Assembly (NCBI RefSeq): GCF_006345805.1
Contig: NC_042997.1
Span: forward strand, 54,064,001 to 54,128,000
Reading direction: 5' to 3'
DNA length: 64,000 bases
From: Octopus sinensis
Lineage: Eukaryota
Shown here: piece by piece, positions 13,181-23,720 of the stretch
Numbering within the stretch: the first letter of the stretch is position 1
Layout of the letters: each line of letters starts with the position of its first letter
Made by a program: the position numbers and the translations under genes
Notes under the pieces: model-generated
What the model was told of the DNA's origin: nothing
Database searches by the model: none
What the model saw: only the letters and a program-made list of their open reading frames with translations

Positions 13181-14927
13181 ATGGATAGGAGTTTCATGCT
13201 ATCAAGCAGTGATTCTGAATTTGAGGGATTTTCAGTGGAAGATATGGAGAAATCGAGCAAAAGTATGAGTGAACTACAAAAGCATGTGGTGTATGAGAAT
13301 GAATTGGATATTTATGTATTTGAAACTGAAAACAGCGATAGTGACAGCGAGGACAGTTTTACACTTGAATGTAGTAATAAGCTAAAAAATACTAAAACAA
13401 TTTTTTCTGAGGAGACTGGATCTACTCATAGTCTTTCTCAGGAAGCGAAACAGTTAGACTTTTTTTATTATCTTTTTCCATTAAGCTTGTTAGAAGCCAT
13501 CACTGCAGAAACAAACCATTACACAGAATGTAAACAAATTGGAAAAAAAGATAGCTTGTGGTTTCCCACAAGTGTAGAAGAAATATGGGTATTTCTTTGC
13601 CATAAATATTATTGTGGTATAAGACAATTACTCAGAATTGCAAATTACAAGAGCATTCAGGAACCTTTTGACGATCAGTACATTTCCAGTGTTATGTCAA
13701 GGACACAATTTATGAAATTGAACCAGTATTTACATGTGAGAGACACTAGCAGTACTCCAGTATGTGGGGAACCAAACTTTGATCCCTTATTTAAAATAAA
13801 ACCCTCATCAACTGCATTCAAAATGCATATAAAATACTCTACAACCTGGATAGATACCTATCCATCGATGAGGGCATGGTGGGATATAAAGGAAAGGTAT
13901 GCTTCCAACAATATATGCCAGGAAAGCCCACGAAATGGGGGATCAAAGTTTAGAAAATTTGCGATGCAAATACTGGGTACCACTGTGGGTTTAGTTTTTA
14001 TACTGTAGAAACTCTGCCAGATCAGATTGGATCCTGGGGCAGCCATCTGGTTCGCCAGTCCTCAGTCAAATCGTCCAACCCATGCTAGCATGGAAAGCAG
14101 ATGTTAAACGATGATGATGATGATGGTGAAAAGAGACAATAATGTTAGTCAGCATGTGGTCTGGAATTTATCACTTCCATACCATAACCAGAGCCATATA
14201 ATATTTTTTGACCAATTTTTTTAGTTCAGTCAAACTTGTGGTGGATTTAGAAGCTGTGACAACATACATGTGTTCTACAGTAACTGCTAGTAGAAAAGGA
14301 CTGTCATTGAATATAAAAAAAGAAGTGAAATAATCCAACAGCAGTAAGGAAAACTACTAGCGACCACATACAGAGACAAGAAGGAGATAAAATTTCTATC
14401 GACCAGTGCACAACTATGTGTGGATGAAAATGGCACCCCATTTGTGAACCTTAATTATAACACGTACAGGGATGGTGAAGATCGGCTGAACCAAATGATT
14501 GAGTTATTATCTGGTTGGTAGACCAGGTAACAAATGGTGGCAATACCTGGTTGGTATAAAGTAAACATGAGCACTGTAAATGCATTTATATTATATACCA
14601 AATCAGGAGGGGCTCAAAAGTGGTGCAACCACCTGCAGTTCCAAGTAGATGTAGCAATGCAGTTGAGGGCAGGTTATTCCTTCAAAAAAGGTAACTGTAG
14701 GAAGGAAAAGCAAAACCTGCCAGAGAGACATTCCTCTGAGTTCAGCCGATCTCCATAAATTAGAAAAAAATCGAGGGTCACAAAAGCAATGCTGTGAATG
14801 CCTATATCAACAAAGAAAAACTCCCAATGGACGGCCAGATGAAACTTCTTTCCAATGTGCATTCTGCAAGGATGCAATATGTAGAGTGGGATGTTTTACA
14901 AATTTCCATGACAGAAATATTGTGTGA
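13181..14927 (+). pseudogene. piggyBac (PGBD4-like) transposase pseudogene
   Basis: IDEGM (D at 13867), YMPGKPTKWGIKV*, FDQFF (D at 14210), YN...GEDRLNQM (D at 14480), C-terminal Cys-rich CCEC...CAFC...C...C..FH ending TGA at 14927. Frameshifts, an in-frame TAG at 13951 and an insertion at 14006-14125. Confidence 0.88.
14006..14125 (+). mobile_element. 5'-truncated RTE-tail retroposon inserted in the piggyBac transposase
   Basis: Matches the 3' end of the RTE LINE at 31520 (ccaacccatgctagcatggaaagcagatgttaaac + (GAT)n); splits the FYTG/EK codons. Confidence 0.85.
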
Positions 14928-17007
14928 ATATTGTTTATATGTATGATTAGATTGTATAAATATTTTTCAAGCTTACTTCATTTTTACTTTTTATTTACCT
15001 GTAATTTTAATTTGTCTGTAAGGTCAGTGACAAGTTTTGATTTAATTTCTATTGTAAATCTTTATTATATATGTTCTTATGTATTCATGTATGTGTGTAA
15101 GTTTATTTCATTTAGTTGGTGTATTTAATTTTCTAGTTTTCTCCAAAAACAAATTCCAGGGCTTCATTTTATTTTACCTTTACCTGTTCTTATGTGCATT
15201 AAATTCAACTGATAATCTAGTGATGTGCACAATTTTTCTATATTAAAATTTTGCTGTATAGCTCATTGAATATTAGCTGATGTCTCATTTTCTATGGTGA
15301 TGTTTAAGCAAAATTTAAATATTTTAAAATTTTGCTGTATTTACCTCTAATTAGAGTCACTTTGAGACAAAAGTTATACAATAGAATTGATTAAGAACCC
15401 TTTCTTCAATTGTGTTCCAGCAATCAAATTAATATGTTGATAAGTAAAAAGTTACTGTTGTTTACTGAAACTAATCTAAATTCATAATTATTTTAGAATC
15501 TAATTGAAACTCATGAGGGGTGTATTTTGGTTAGAAATACAGTAACGAAAGGGTTAACTGTGTTTACCTCTGACAGGTCTATTCAATGTCCATTTCTGTC
15601 AACAATCTGTCCTAAATATCTTATTTTTGGTAAGAAAAATTCACACTTTTTCTTCACTCAAAGTAAAGCTGTAATCCCTAATTTTTTCAAACACATGTTT
15701 TACATGCTCTATGTGTTGATCCCTAGATTCACTTTTAATGAGTATATCATCCAGATATGGAATTGCGAATTCACAGTCCGCTAATAATGCATCCATAATC
15801 TGTTGAGAAATCACTGGTGTGACTTTTAAGCCAAATGGTAACCTGATGTATTTATACAGTTCTTTACGTGTGTTAATTCTAAGTACACATCAGAGAGATC
15901 CAATTTAGAAAATATCTTGCCACCATTTAATTTTGCAAAAATATCCTCTAGAGTAGGTAGCAAATGTTTTAAGACATTCATTTAAACCAGTGGGAAAATC
16001 AGCACACACACTGATTTTATTATTCTTTTTCTTAACATACACAGTTGGTGATGCTTATTGACTACATTCCACTTCTTGGATAACTCCAATTTTTTCTAGT
16101 CTCTCTAGCTCTAAGTTTATCTGTTCTAACACTGCAAACGGTACAGTTCATTTTTGTTTAAATAATTGTATGGCGTTTTCTTTTTCTTTTTTTTTTTTTT
16201 TTTTGAAACCATGCCTTCGTTTTGGTACACAGACCTAATTTATCAGACAGAACTTTAGGAAAAATATTTAAAAATTTCCTTTTTCAATTATTTGTACTGG
16301 AGGGAATTATTTCAATTATTTGTACTGGAGGGAAAAGCATTCACATTTTTACAGAAAAGATTTATGGAGAAGTCCCATAAGTTAAATAATTCCATCCAGT
16401 CCATACTGAATAAATTTGTGGTATTATATAACACAAAAACTTTGGCTTATTAGGGTTTTTCATGAAATGTAATGTTACTTATCAATTTGCCCTTAAAATA
16501 TATTATTCTTTTTTTTTTCCCAGAAACACCACAGGCAATTTTATTTAATTGAGGACTCCCAATTTTTTTCCAGATATCTGTGTTAATTATTGAGATGTCA
16601 CTGCCTGTATCCAATTGTAACTTGACATTTGTGTTATTAATTTTTTTTGAGGCTCATTCATATTTTTTATCACCAATAACCCATTTACATGATTTTTTCT
16701 GCTGAACCGTTGTTTTTTAGTTTTTGTCCTACAGTGCGACTTTTTATGGCCTATTTTACCATACTTGAAGCATTTGATATTTTTAAATAAACAGTTATTT
16801 TTAAATGTACACTACTGCACCCATAACATGGATTCAGTCTTAACATTTTTTTCTCGTGTTTCTTATTCATTACCAGTCGACATGCTTGAACCTGAGAGCA
16901 ATCTTTCTCTTCAATTTTATTTGTGTCATGTCTTAGATTAATAATCCTCTGACATTCTTCTGCTACTACCTGCAGAGTTAAACTTTGATAATATCTACGA
17001 ACATATA

Positions 17008-17472
17008 GGCGCAGGAGTGGCTGAGTGGTAAGTAGCTTGCTTACCAACCACATGGTTCCGGGTTCAGTCCCACTGCGTGGCATCTTGGGCAAGTGTCTTC
17101 TGCTATAGCCCCGAGCCGACCAATGCCTTGTGAGTGAATTTGGTAGATGGAAACTGAAAGAAGCCTGTCGTATATATGTATATATATATGTATGTGTGTG
17201 TGTGTGTGTGTTTGTGTGTCTGTGTTTGTCGCCCTAGCATTGCTTGACAACCAATGCTGGTGTGTTTACATCCCCGTCACTTAGCAGTTCGGCAAAAGAG
17301 ACCGATAGAATAAGTACTGGGCTTACAAAGAATAAATCCCGGGGTCGATTTGCTCGACTAAAGGCGGTGCTCCAGCATGGCCGCAGTCTAATGACTGAAA
17401 CAAGTAAAAGAGTAAAAGAGTAATACATTAGATGCTTACAATGGATAGTAAGTAAAAGAGAGAGTAAAAGAG
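17008..17472 (+). mobile_element. Young tRNA-derived SINE (family A, TAAAAGAG tail) with a 30-bp extra segment and a second tail
   Basis: Head ggcgcaggagtggct...ggttcagtccc, core ggcaagtgtcttct, (TA)/(TG) microsatellite, tail (TAAAAGAG)2, then 17421-17450 extra segment and tail 17451-17472. Confidence 0.92.
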
Positions 17473-18008
17473 TATATATTTGTATCTTTGCTTACTGTAA
17501 GCCTTTGAACATAAATTAAGCACTTGAACATGTCCGAGGGCAACTCATTTAATCTGAATTTCTCACACTCTCTGTTAACCACTCCAGTAGATGACGAAAT
17601 CTTCAAAAGGGAACTTCTTTCACTAAAAATTTTCAGTAAAATATTGTTTCATTGCAACAAATCTCACCTGGTTTCTTCTTACTATATTTTACGTGTGTTT
17701 GGCAGGGAATAACTTTCTTAAAAGTAGTTGTATTTTTTTTCGGCGGATCAACTTTTATACTCTTCTTTGAAGATTTCTTTGTAACTTTGAAAATATGCAA
17801 AGAAAGTAATCCCTTCTTCTAGATTATAGCTGAATTCTTCAATTGAATTTGCTACGCTGTCTGGAGAGTACAAACCTGAGGTATTTTCAGACTTCTTCAA
17901 CATTAATTCCAGCAACTGTTGGTGTTGTTGCTGTTGCAACTGCACCATGGAGGCCAATAAGTTCTCCATGTTAAATGATTTTTTTTCTTTTGTTTCATAC
18001 CAAAAAAA

Positions 18009-18364
18009 GGCGAAGTTTCGGTTGTCGTAGCACACGTCATAGCACACGCTTCCGTCGATTTCCGTAAAAAACTTTTATTTTTTTACATATGGCTTTGCGG
18101 GAATATTTGAAGTAATGAGAGCGAAAGAGACTAAGAGGAAGCGATTTTATGACGAGGGAATTTCTTTTTGAAGTCCCCTGTGTGTGTTTGATGGGGTGTG
18201 GGAGACAGACAGTATGTTGTGTAAGTGAAGTGCTTCTGTTAGTGTGTGCGAAGAGACAGAGAGAGTAATGTGTGAAAGAGAGAGATAACTGAAATTTTTT
18301 ACTCGGTGTATGTGTATATGTATGTGTGTGTGTGTATGTATCTATGTATGTGTGTGTGTATGCA

Positions 18365-18402
<38 letters not shown>

Positions 18403-18630
18403 GCCGATTCAGTATAATTTTTTACTCGGTGTATGTGTATATGTATGTCTGCATGTATGTATGTGTGTGTATGTATCTATGTATGTGTGTGTGTGTGTAT
18501 GTATGTGTGTGTGCATGTATGTATGTATGTATGTATGTATGGCCGATTCAGTGTTTACATTTTTTACAGAAATCGACGGAGGAAATCGACAATCGACGGA
18601 AACGTGTGCTACGACAAACGAAACATCGCC
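18009..18630. mobile_element. MITE with 29-bp GG-terminal TIRs and an 8-bp TSD (Merlin-like)
   Basis: TIRs 18009-18037 and 18602-18630 (27/29 identical); TSD CAAAAAAA at 18001-18008 and 18631-18638; internal duplicated ~120-bp (TG/TATG)-rich unit. The superfamily is inferred only from the termini and TSD length. Confidence 0.82.
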
Positions 18631-18680
18631 CAAAAAAAAAATTAAACATCCAATGCATGCTTCGAACAACTCATTACCAC

Positions 18681-19140
18681 TTTTATTTCCTTGTATTGGC
18701 TATATAATATAACAAAGCAGGAGGGAAAAAAATTATTTGCACAACACAATCCTATTACTATTACATGAGACTCAATGCTCTATATCAATGGCTCACAACG
18801 AACTGCTGACAACTTGACAGTTGTCTAATGTTCCTTCTCGAGCCATGCCAGGCTCATAAGGACCAGTTTCCTGGCTTCAGTGGTGTAGAAATTCCCCACC
18901 TGGACAGGACGCCAGTCCGTCGCAGGATTACTCATTTTTGCCAGTTGAGTGGACAGGAGCAAGGTGAAATGAAGTGTTTTGTGCAAGAACACAACGCATC
19001 GCCCAATCCAGGAATCAAAACCACAACCTTACGATTATGAGTTAAACACCTTAACCACTAAGCCATGCGCCTCCAAGTTGTCTAATAGAGATGTCTCAGT
19101 CCACTTTAAGTCACATGGGGATGGTTGGAATCCTTCCACA
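18681..19140 (-). repeat. Gypsy 5' LTR, interrupted by a SINE at 18830-19075
   Basis: Shares tatataatataacaaagcagg, gaactgctgac, tgtctcagtcc.ctttaagtca.atggggatgg and aatccttccaca with the 3' LTR; adjacent to the PBS. Confidence 0.85.
18830..19075 (-). mobile_element. tRNA-derived SINE (family E) inserted in the Gypsy 5' LTR
   Basis: A box tggcttagtgg, B box-like gttttgattcc, core gttcttgcacaaaacactt; 11-bp TSD AGTTGTCTAAT at 18819-18829 and 19076-19086. Confidence 0.88.
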
Positions 19141-20409
19141 ACACAAATATTTAAGCAAAAATAGCTAGTCTCATAGAAGAGATGATGCAGTACCAAGACA
19201 CATGAAAAGACATTACATTATAATCCTAGCTAGTGTTGACTTAAGGTACTTTTCCAACAAAAACGTCTTGTAAACAGGTCCATATGGCAAATTTGCATCA
19301 AAGAGCTTGTGACCAATTCTTAATAAATCAGATCCTTAAGCATGTAGCAGTCTTTCATTCATTTCAACAACAGTACAAGCACAACTGGTTACTTAAGAAG
19401 TTTACTTCACAACTACATAGTTCCAGATTTGATACCACTGCATGATACTTTGCTCAAGAGTCTTCTGCATTAGCCCTGGGACAACTAAAACTTTCTTGAG
19501 AGAAATTTGGTAGATGGTTCCTGTATGGAAGTCCATTGGAAGGACCATTCTTTTTCTAGAATAGTAGACTTAAGACATCACTTGGTTTAATACTACTATT
19601 TGGCCCTTATAAGTTCAGGTCTCAAGTCAGAAAATAACCTCTTCCCTTTTTCTCACCAATTTCAGAGGCCCTGGACAGGGTCTTGGCTGCTGCCCTTCTT
19701 TCAATAACCATTAAAGACTTTTTTTATAAATAAATGCTTAAACTGGTCAAACCAATCTGGTTGAGTATCAGATCTAACTATTGTTGCTATCCAATAGTGC
19801 TTTGAGCATGCAGACCAGATATATGTTTATATCCAAGCAGTTTAGGTTTCACAGAGCTAGGCTTGCTTCATAAGAAAAAGACTGGTATAAACATTCACTG
19901 AATGACCCATCACTGTTGGTAAGGACGATGTTACATTTACATCCATGTATATATGTACAGTGTTTGAATACATAGGATCACTATATACAATATTTTTATA
20001 ATCATAAACACAAAAACATAACAATGCTCAATACTTTCAGCTTCATAAGATTTTCCCACTTAACAATTACGATAAACTAGAACCAGCTGATTGCATCCTT
20101 TTGAGATACTGTTTTTCCGTGAGGAGATGCTGCAAGAAAGACACATATGGCATGCTATTTCATAAACATCTGTTATATAAGCATTTATACAAAGATATAT
20201 AACTGCTTCATACATAGATATATATAACTTTTTCACACATACATGCTACGTATTTTGATGCATTTTCCTGATATTAAGCTGGCATTCCAGTCGGATCTAA
20301 GATCTATCTGTAGTGAATCAGCAACAGCATTGGAACTTCTTGAAAATTTTGAGTTCCTTGAGACTGTGTTAACAAAATGTGTTCTCTTCATACGAATGTA
20401 AAAGTAAAT

Positions 20410-20822
20410 CATTCATCATCATCACTGTTTAGGTCCACTTTTCCATGCCAGCATGGGTCAATCGGAATTTGTTGGGGCAGATTTTCTATGACCAGATTCC
20501 CTTCCTGTTGCCAACCCACATGGCTTCCAAGCAAGGTAATATTTCATATTTCATGGAAGAGACTGGAAGTGAAGAACATCACTTGTATGATGGTGATGCA
20601 CATTTACATGGACTCACACACATATGCATATATATATATATATGATTATTATACACATACGCAACAAGCTTCTTTCAGTTTCCGTCTATCAAATTCATTC
20701 GTATGGTTTTGGTTGGCCTGAGTTTATAATAGAAGACATTTGTTCAAGGTATCATGCAATGAGACTGAACCAGAGAGCTCATGTTTGGGAAAGCAAGCTT
20801 CAACCACACAGCCAAGCCTGCA
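20410..20822 (-). mobile_element. Composite SINE (family D): family-A head and core + different body + RTE-type (GAT)n tail
   Basis: Head/core homologous to family A; body aaggtaatatttc...gactggaagtgaagaac shared with the copies at 596, 42855, 44870 and 61660. Confidence 0.75.
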
Positions 20823-21600
20823 CTGTTGTAGTTAGTAATTTGTGTAGCTTATCCACTTTTGTACCTACATAAATGTCTAATATATTCTATTTCTTTCTAT
20901 TCGTCCACATCCATTGTAAATCTAGCATAACGCTGTATTCATGTAATTCTTCAATTATAACATTCCATTTAATTTATATAAGCTACTTGTTATATCTATG
21001 TACCTAGCTTATACTATTCAGGTTATTCTATATTTAACAATAATATTTTATTTCTACCAAAATATTTATAGCTATAAACAAACTATTATTTCTTCTTTTT
21101 ATTCTGACCATCCATTAGTATTCAATCCTCTTACATGCTTTCAATACATAATGTAACATTCACATCTACAATTTGCCTCAATCATTATGCAATTTATATG
21201 CAACCAAAATGATTGTTTCTTTAAATATATTTTGTATCTGTTTTCTCATATTAACAGAGTATTGCGTTTTGCGAATGAATTGTTGAGCAGGATACACCTA
21301 TTCCTTGCCATTAACTCCTTAACGATAATGAAACTATTTTCAACACAGCAGACTAAGATAAGCTGAGTTATGGATTTTTTACCTTGAAGCACAGTATAAC
21401 ACAACAAGGTTTAAACACAATATTTCAGTATCGCAACCTCACAGCCAATGTGTCATTAATTATTTATGTTTATTAAACAAAACAAAATTAAATTACATTC
21501 TTTTATGATTACCATTCAGACTTCTGCTTTTTTACATTCAAGACCAAAGTCAAAATTAAAACAGTTATATTCAAGGAAGTTATAAATAATATATTCTCAC

Positions 21601-22245
21601 CTCTTCATCCATATCATATTCTATTTCTTCATCCAATTCCTCTGACGATTTCTCAATGTATCGATAATAGGACAGAGGCCTAGGACGAACATTCGACGGT
21701 TTTACATAGTCTTCAACAACTTTGAATTGGGCTTCTGGTAATTTAATAGCAACATGTCCATTGCTCACCTCCTTTTTTAATTTTTGATTTTCAGGGTGTT
21801 TATTGTTATTCACCTTTTGGGGTGATTTTTCACCTTTTTCTTCCTTCTCAGCATTGCTCTGGTTGTCAATCTCATCCTGTGAGATAATTTCCAAAGGCTC
21901 ATAAATATTGATGCGATGAACCTTTCCTTCTAAGTCCACTTCCACCAATCTCTGTGCATCAGCGTAAGATAGTGTGTCTCTGGATTGAGTCCGGAAAAAC
22001 TCAGGAGGTGTTGGCGACCTTCGATTAGCCCGATGGTGCCATTTATTCTTACGCTTTGCTTTCTTGTTGGAGTGAGTAGGAGGCACAACATTTTCTGGGT
22101 TTTCATGATCAAAATTATATAAATGAAATTGGATACCACAGAAACTTTTATAGACACGACCACAATCTTTCACTGGGCATTCATAAGGTGGTTTTGTGGC
22201 CTTTAAGTTTTGTACGTAAGTTTTCACATCAAAATCAAAAACCAT
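21601..22245 (-). CDS. BRPF1: BRPF1/peregrin ortholog, first coding exon (N-terminal C2H2 zinc finger + start of EPc-N/EPL1 domain), 215 codons, phase-0 end
   Basis: Translates MVFDFDVKTY...YECPVKDCGRVYKSFCGIQFHLYNFDH...AQRLVEVDLEGKVHRINIYEPL...YYRYIEKSSEELDEEIEYDMDEE, matching remembered BRPF1 motifs; the N-terminal C2H2 finger is typical of BRPF1/Br140 rather than BRD1/BRPF3. ATG at 22245 in caaacATGG context; donor GAG|GTGAGA at 21600; acceptor ttgcag|g upstream of 22321. Confidence 0.95.
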
Positions 22246-22321
22246 GTTTGTGTATCAGTCTCCATTTCATTAATAACGCAAATTCCTAACAATGGCAAAC
22301 ATTGATCCAACTGGAAACAAC
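22246..22321 (-). other. BRPF1: 5' UTR portion of the BRPF1 start-codon exon, containing three upstream ATGs; possible tandem acceptor 11 nt inside
   Basis: Acceptor tttcattgtaatttctattgcag|g (AG = plus 22322-22323); second AG in gttgtttccag|; uATGs at 22302, 22270 and 22265. Confidence 0.7.
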
Positions 22322-23204
22322 CTGCAATAGAAATTACAATGAAATCAATAAGTTAATAACGACTCGTGTAAAACATCTATATCATTGAAGCAATACCAAT
22401 CTAGAAAAGTTACTAACATACAAAACTATGGTTGCATGCTAAATATCTGAGATAACTAGAAAGCAAAAATAGAAAATAGCTCTGAGTAGTTAATTTTTCT
22501 ATCAACAAGATATGCTGCCTTTGTTTCAACTAATTTGAAATCAATGAAGAATTTAGTAAAACAACTGTCGTTATTAAGCTACGTTTTGGGTCATTATCAT
22601 CATTTAATGTACGTTGTCCATACTGGCATGGGTTGGACAGAAACCAGAGCTGGCAAGCTGGGGCGGGGCTGCACCAGACTCCAATCTGATTTGGCATGGT
22701 TTATGAAATTTTGATGTAAGGTTCAATTTAGGTCACATTAAAACAGAATATTTATCAGGAAACTAGAAGCAGTTTTAGGTGGGTTGGTATGACAATGGTT
22801 AAAATCTTTCAATACACATTACACTATCAGTAGCAAAACAAAAGAAAAGCTATGAAAATCAGAAATAACTTCAACTTTAGTCTACAAGGAGCACCAGCTC
22901 ATTTATTACAGATTTGATGAGTGGGTAAGCCATCTGACACATCTTTAATTTCCAGTTACTTTGCAATTATGCTTTAGTATCATGTCTCAAGTACCAGTAA
23001 TCATCATCATGTGATCAGAAAAAATTCAGGCAATGAAAGACAGTACATCTATGATAAAATACAAAATCATAACCTGTTAGTTAACAATCTAACTTAGTTA
23101 ATGAAATTTCTGACTGAGTATAAAGTTAATTTTACAATGGAGGGTTAATATTGTCAAATGAATGAACTAGTTTAGAGAGGAAGAATTTCTATTGTTACCA
23201 AACT

Positions 23205-23720
23205 TTTCAGTGTCTCCATTACCAACAAGCCTAATCTCTCTGAACCCCTTACAAACTATTGACCAATTGCTCTCACTTCTAGCATTTCAAAAGTTAAAGT
23301 ACATGATTACAACACCTTCTTAGTGACTATCAGATCAACTACAGACTTGTTGCACTAGACACCAACAAAGCTTTACCTAAAGTTGTCCTACAGTCTACAT
23401 CCACTTCTGATTCCTTAGACTGGAATCTTCCTGCAACATATGCCAATGGGATTCTCTTTGACTCACAATTTACAAATTCTAGTACATTCCAAAGTTTGGT
23501 TATGGTCTACCCCACATTTCATTCAGTACATTATGGAGATACTTGCAGTCATTTTTACCACAAATGGTACAACCATTCACTCATACTTCTTTAACCTGCA
23601 TGCACAGCTTAAACACCATATGCAAGACACACACTGCTTTCATATACAAAGGCTTTGAGAATATTTTTCAATCGGGAATCTTTTAACAACACTAAGACAT
23701 AATTACTACACATACCAAGA
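23205..23720 (+). mobile_element. Ancient CR1/L2-like LINE RT relic
   Basis: NY*PIALTSSISKV (about 23236-23280) and VALDTNKA (about 23350), resembling NYRPIALTS and LDxSKAFD. Confidence 0.55.

Larger units (their letters stand above)
12925..15553 (+). mobile_element. piggyBac DNA transposon (defective), inserted into the Gypsy RT
   Basis: TTAA TSDs at 12921-12924 and 15554-15557; degenerate TIRs tccttttgatgct / agtaacgaaaggg. Removing it restores the Gypsy RT frame (..SEVNTV|KNMPPPTN..). Confidence 0.9.
10776..19140 (-). mobile_element. Decayed full-length Ty3/Gypsy LTR retrotransposon (about 4.4 kb native) with nested insertions, in the BRPF1 intron
   Basis: Paired LTRs starting TGTGGAAGGA (19140 and 10981); PPT AAAAAGGGGAGA at 10982-10993; PBS-like TGGTAATGAG at 18670-18679; gag ATG at 17969; CCHC knuckles at about 16740-16830; protease LDTGSD at about 16600; RT YLDD at 15746-15757; RNase H ASDASEYSIG; integrase H..YWP..C..C and VVDSFSKW. 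Many stops and frameshifts. Confidence 0.92.

Noticed and set aside
17008-17080. tRNA gene calls for the SINE heads (also 19075, 30430, 49965, 56534, 62571)
   Set aside because: Only A/B-box similarity; no complete cloverleaf, and each continues into a SINE core and tail.
18681-18690. AATAAA in the sense-oriented 5' LTR as a premature BRPF1 poly(A) site
   Set aside because: AATAAA is abundant in these AT-rich introns and nothing singles this one out.
18306-18712. 128-133-aa Cys/Val/Met/Tyr-rich ORFs (also 55364-55822 and 60048-60401)
   Set aside because: Translations of TG/TA/CA microsatellites.
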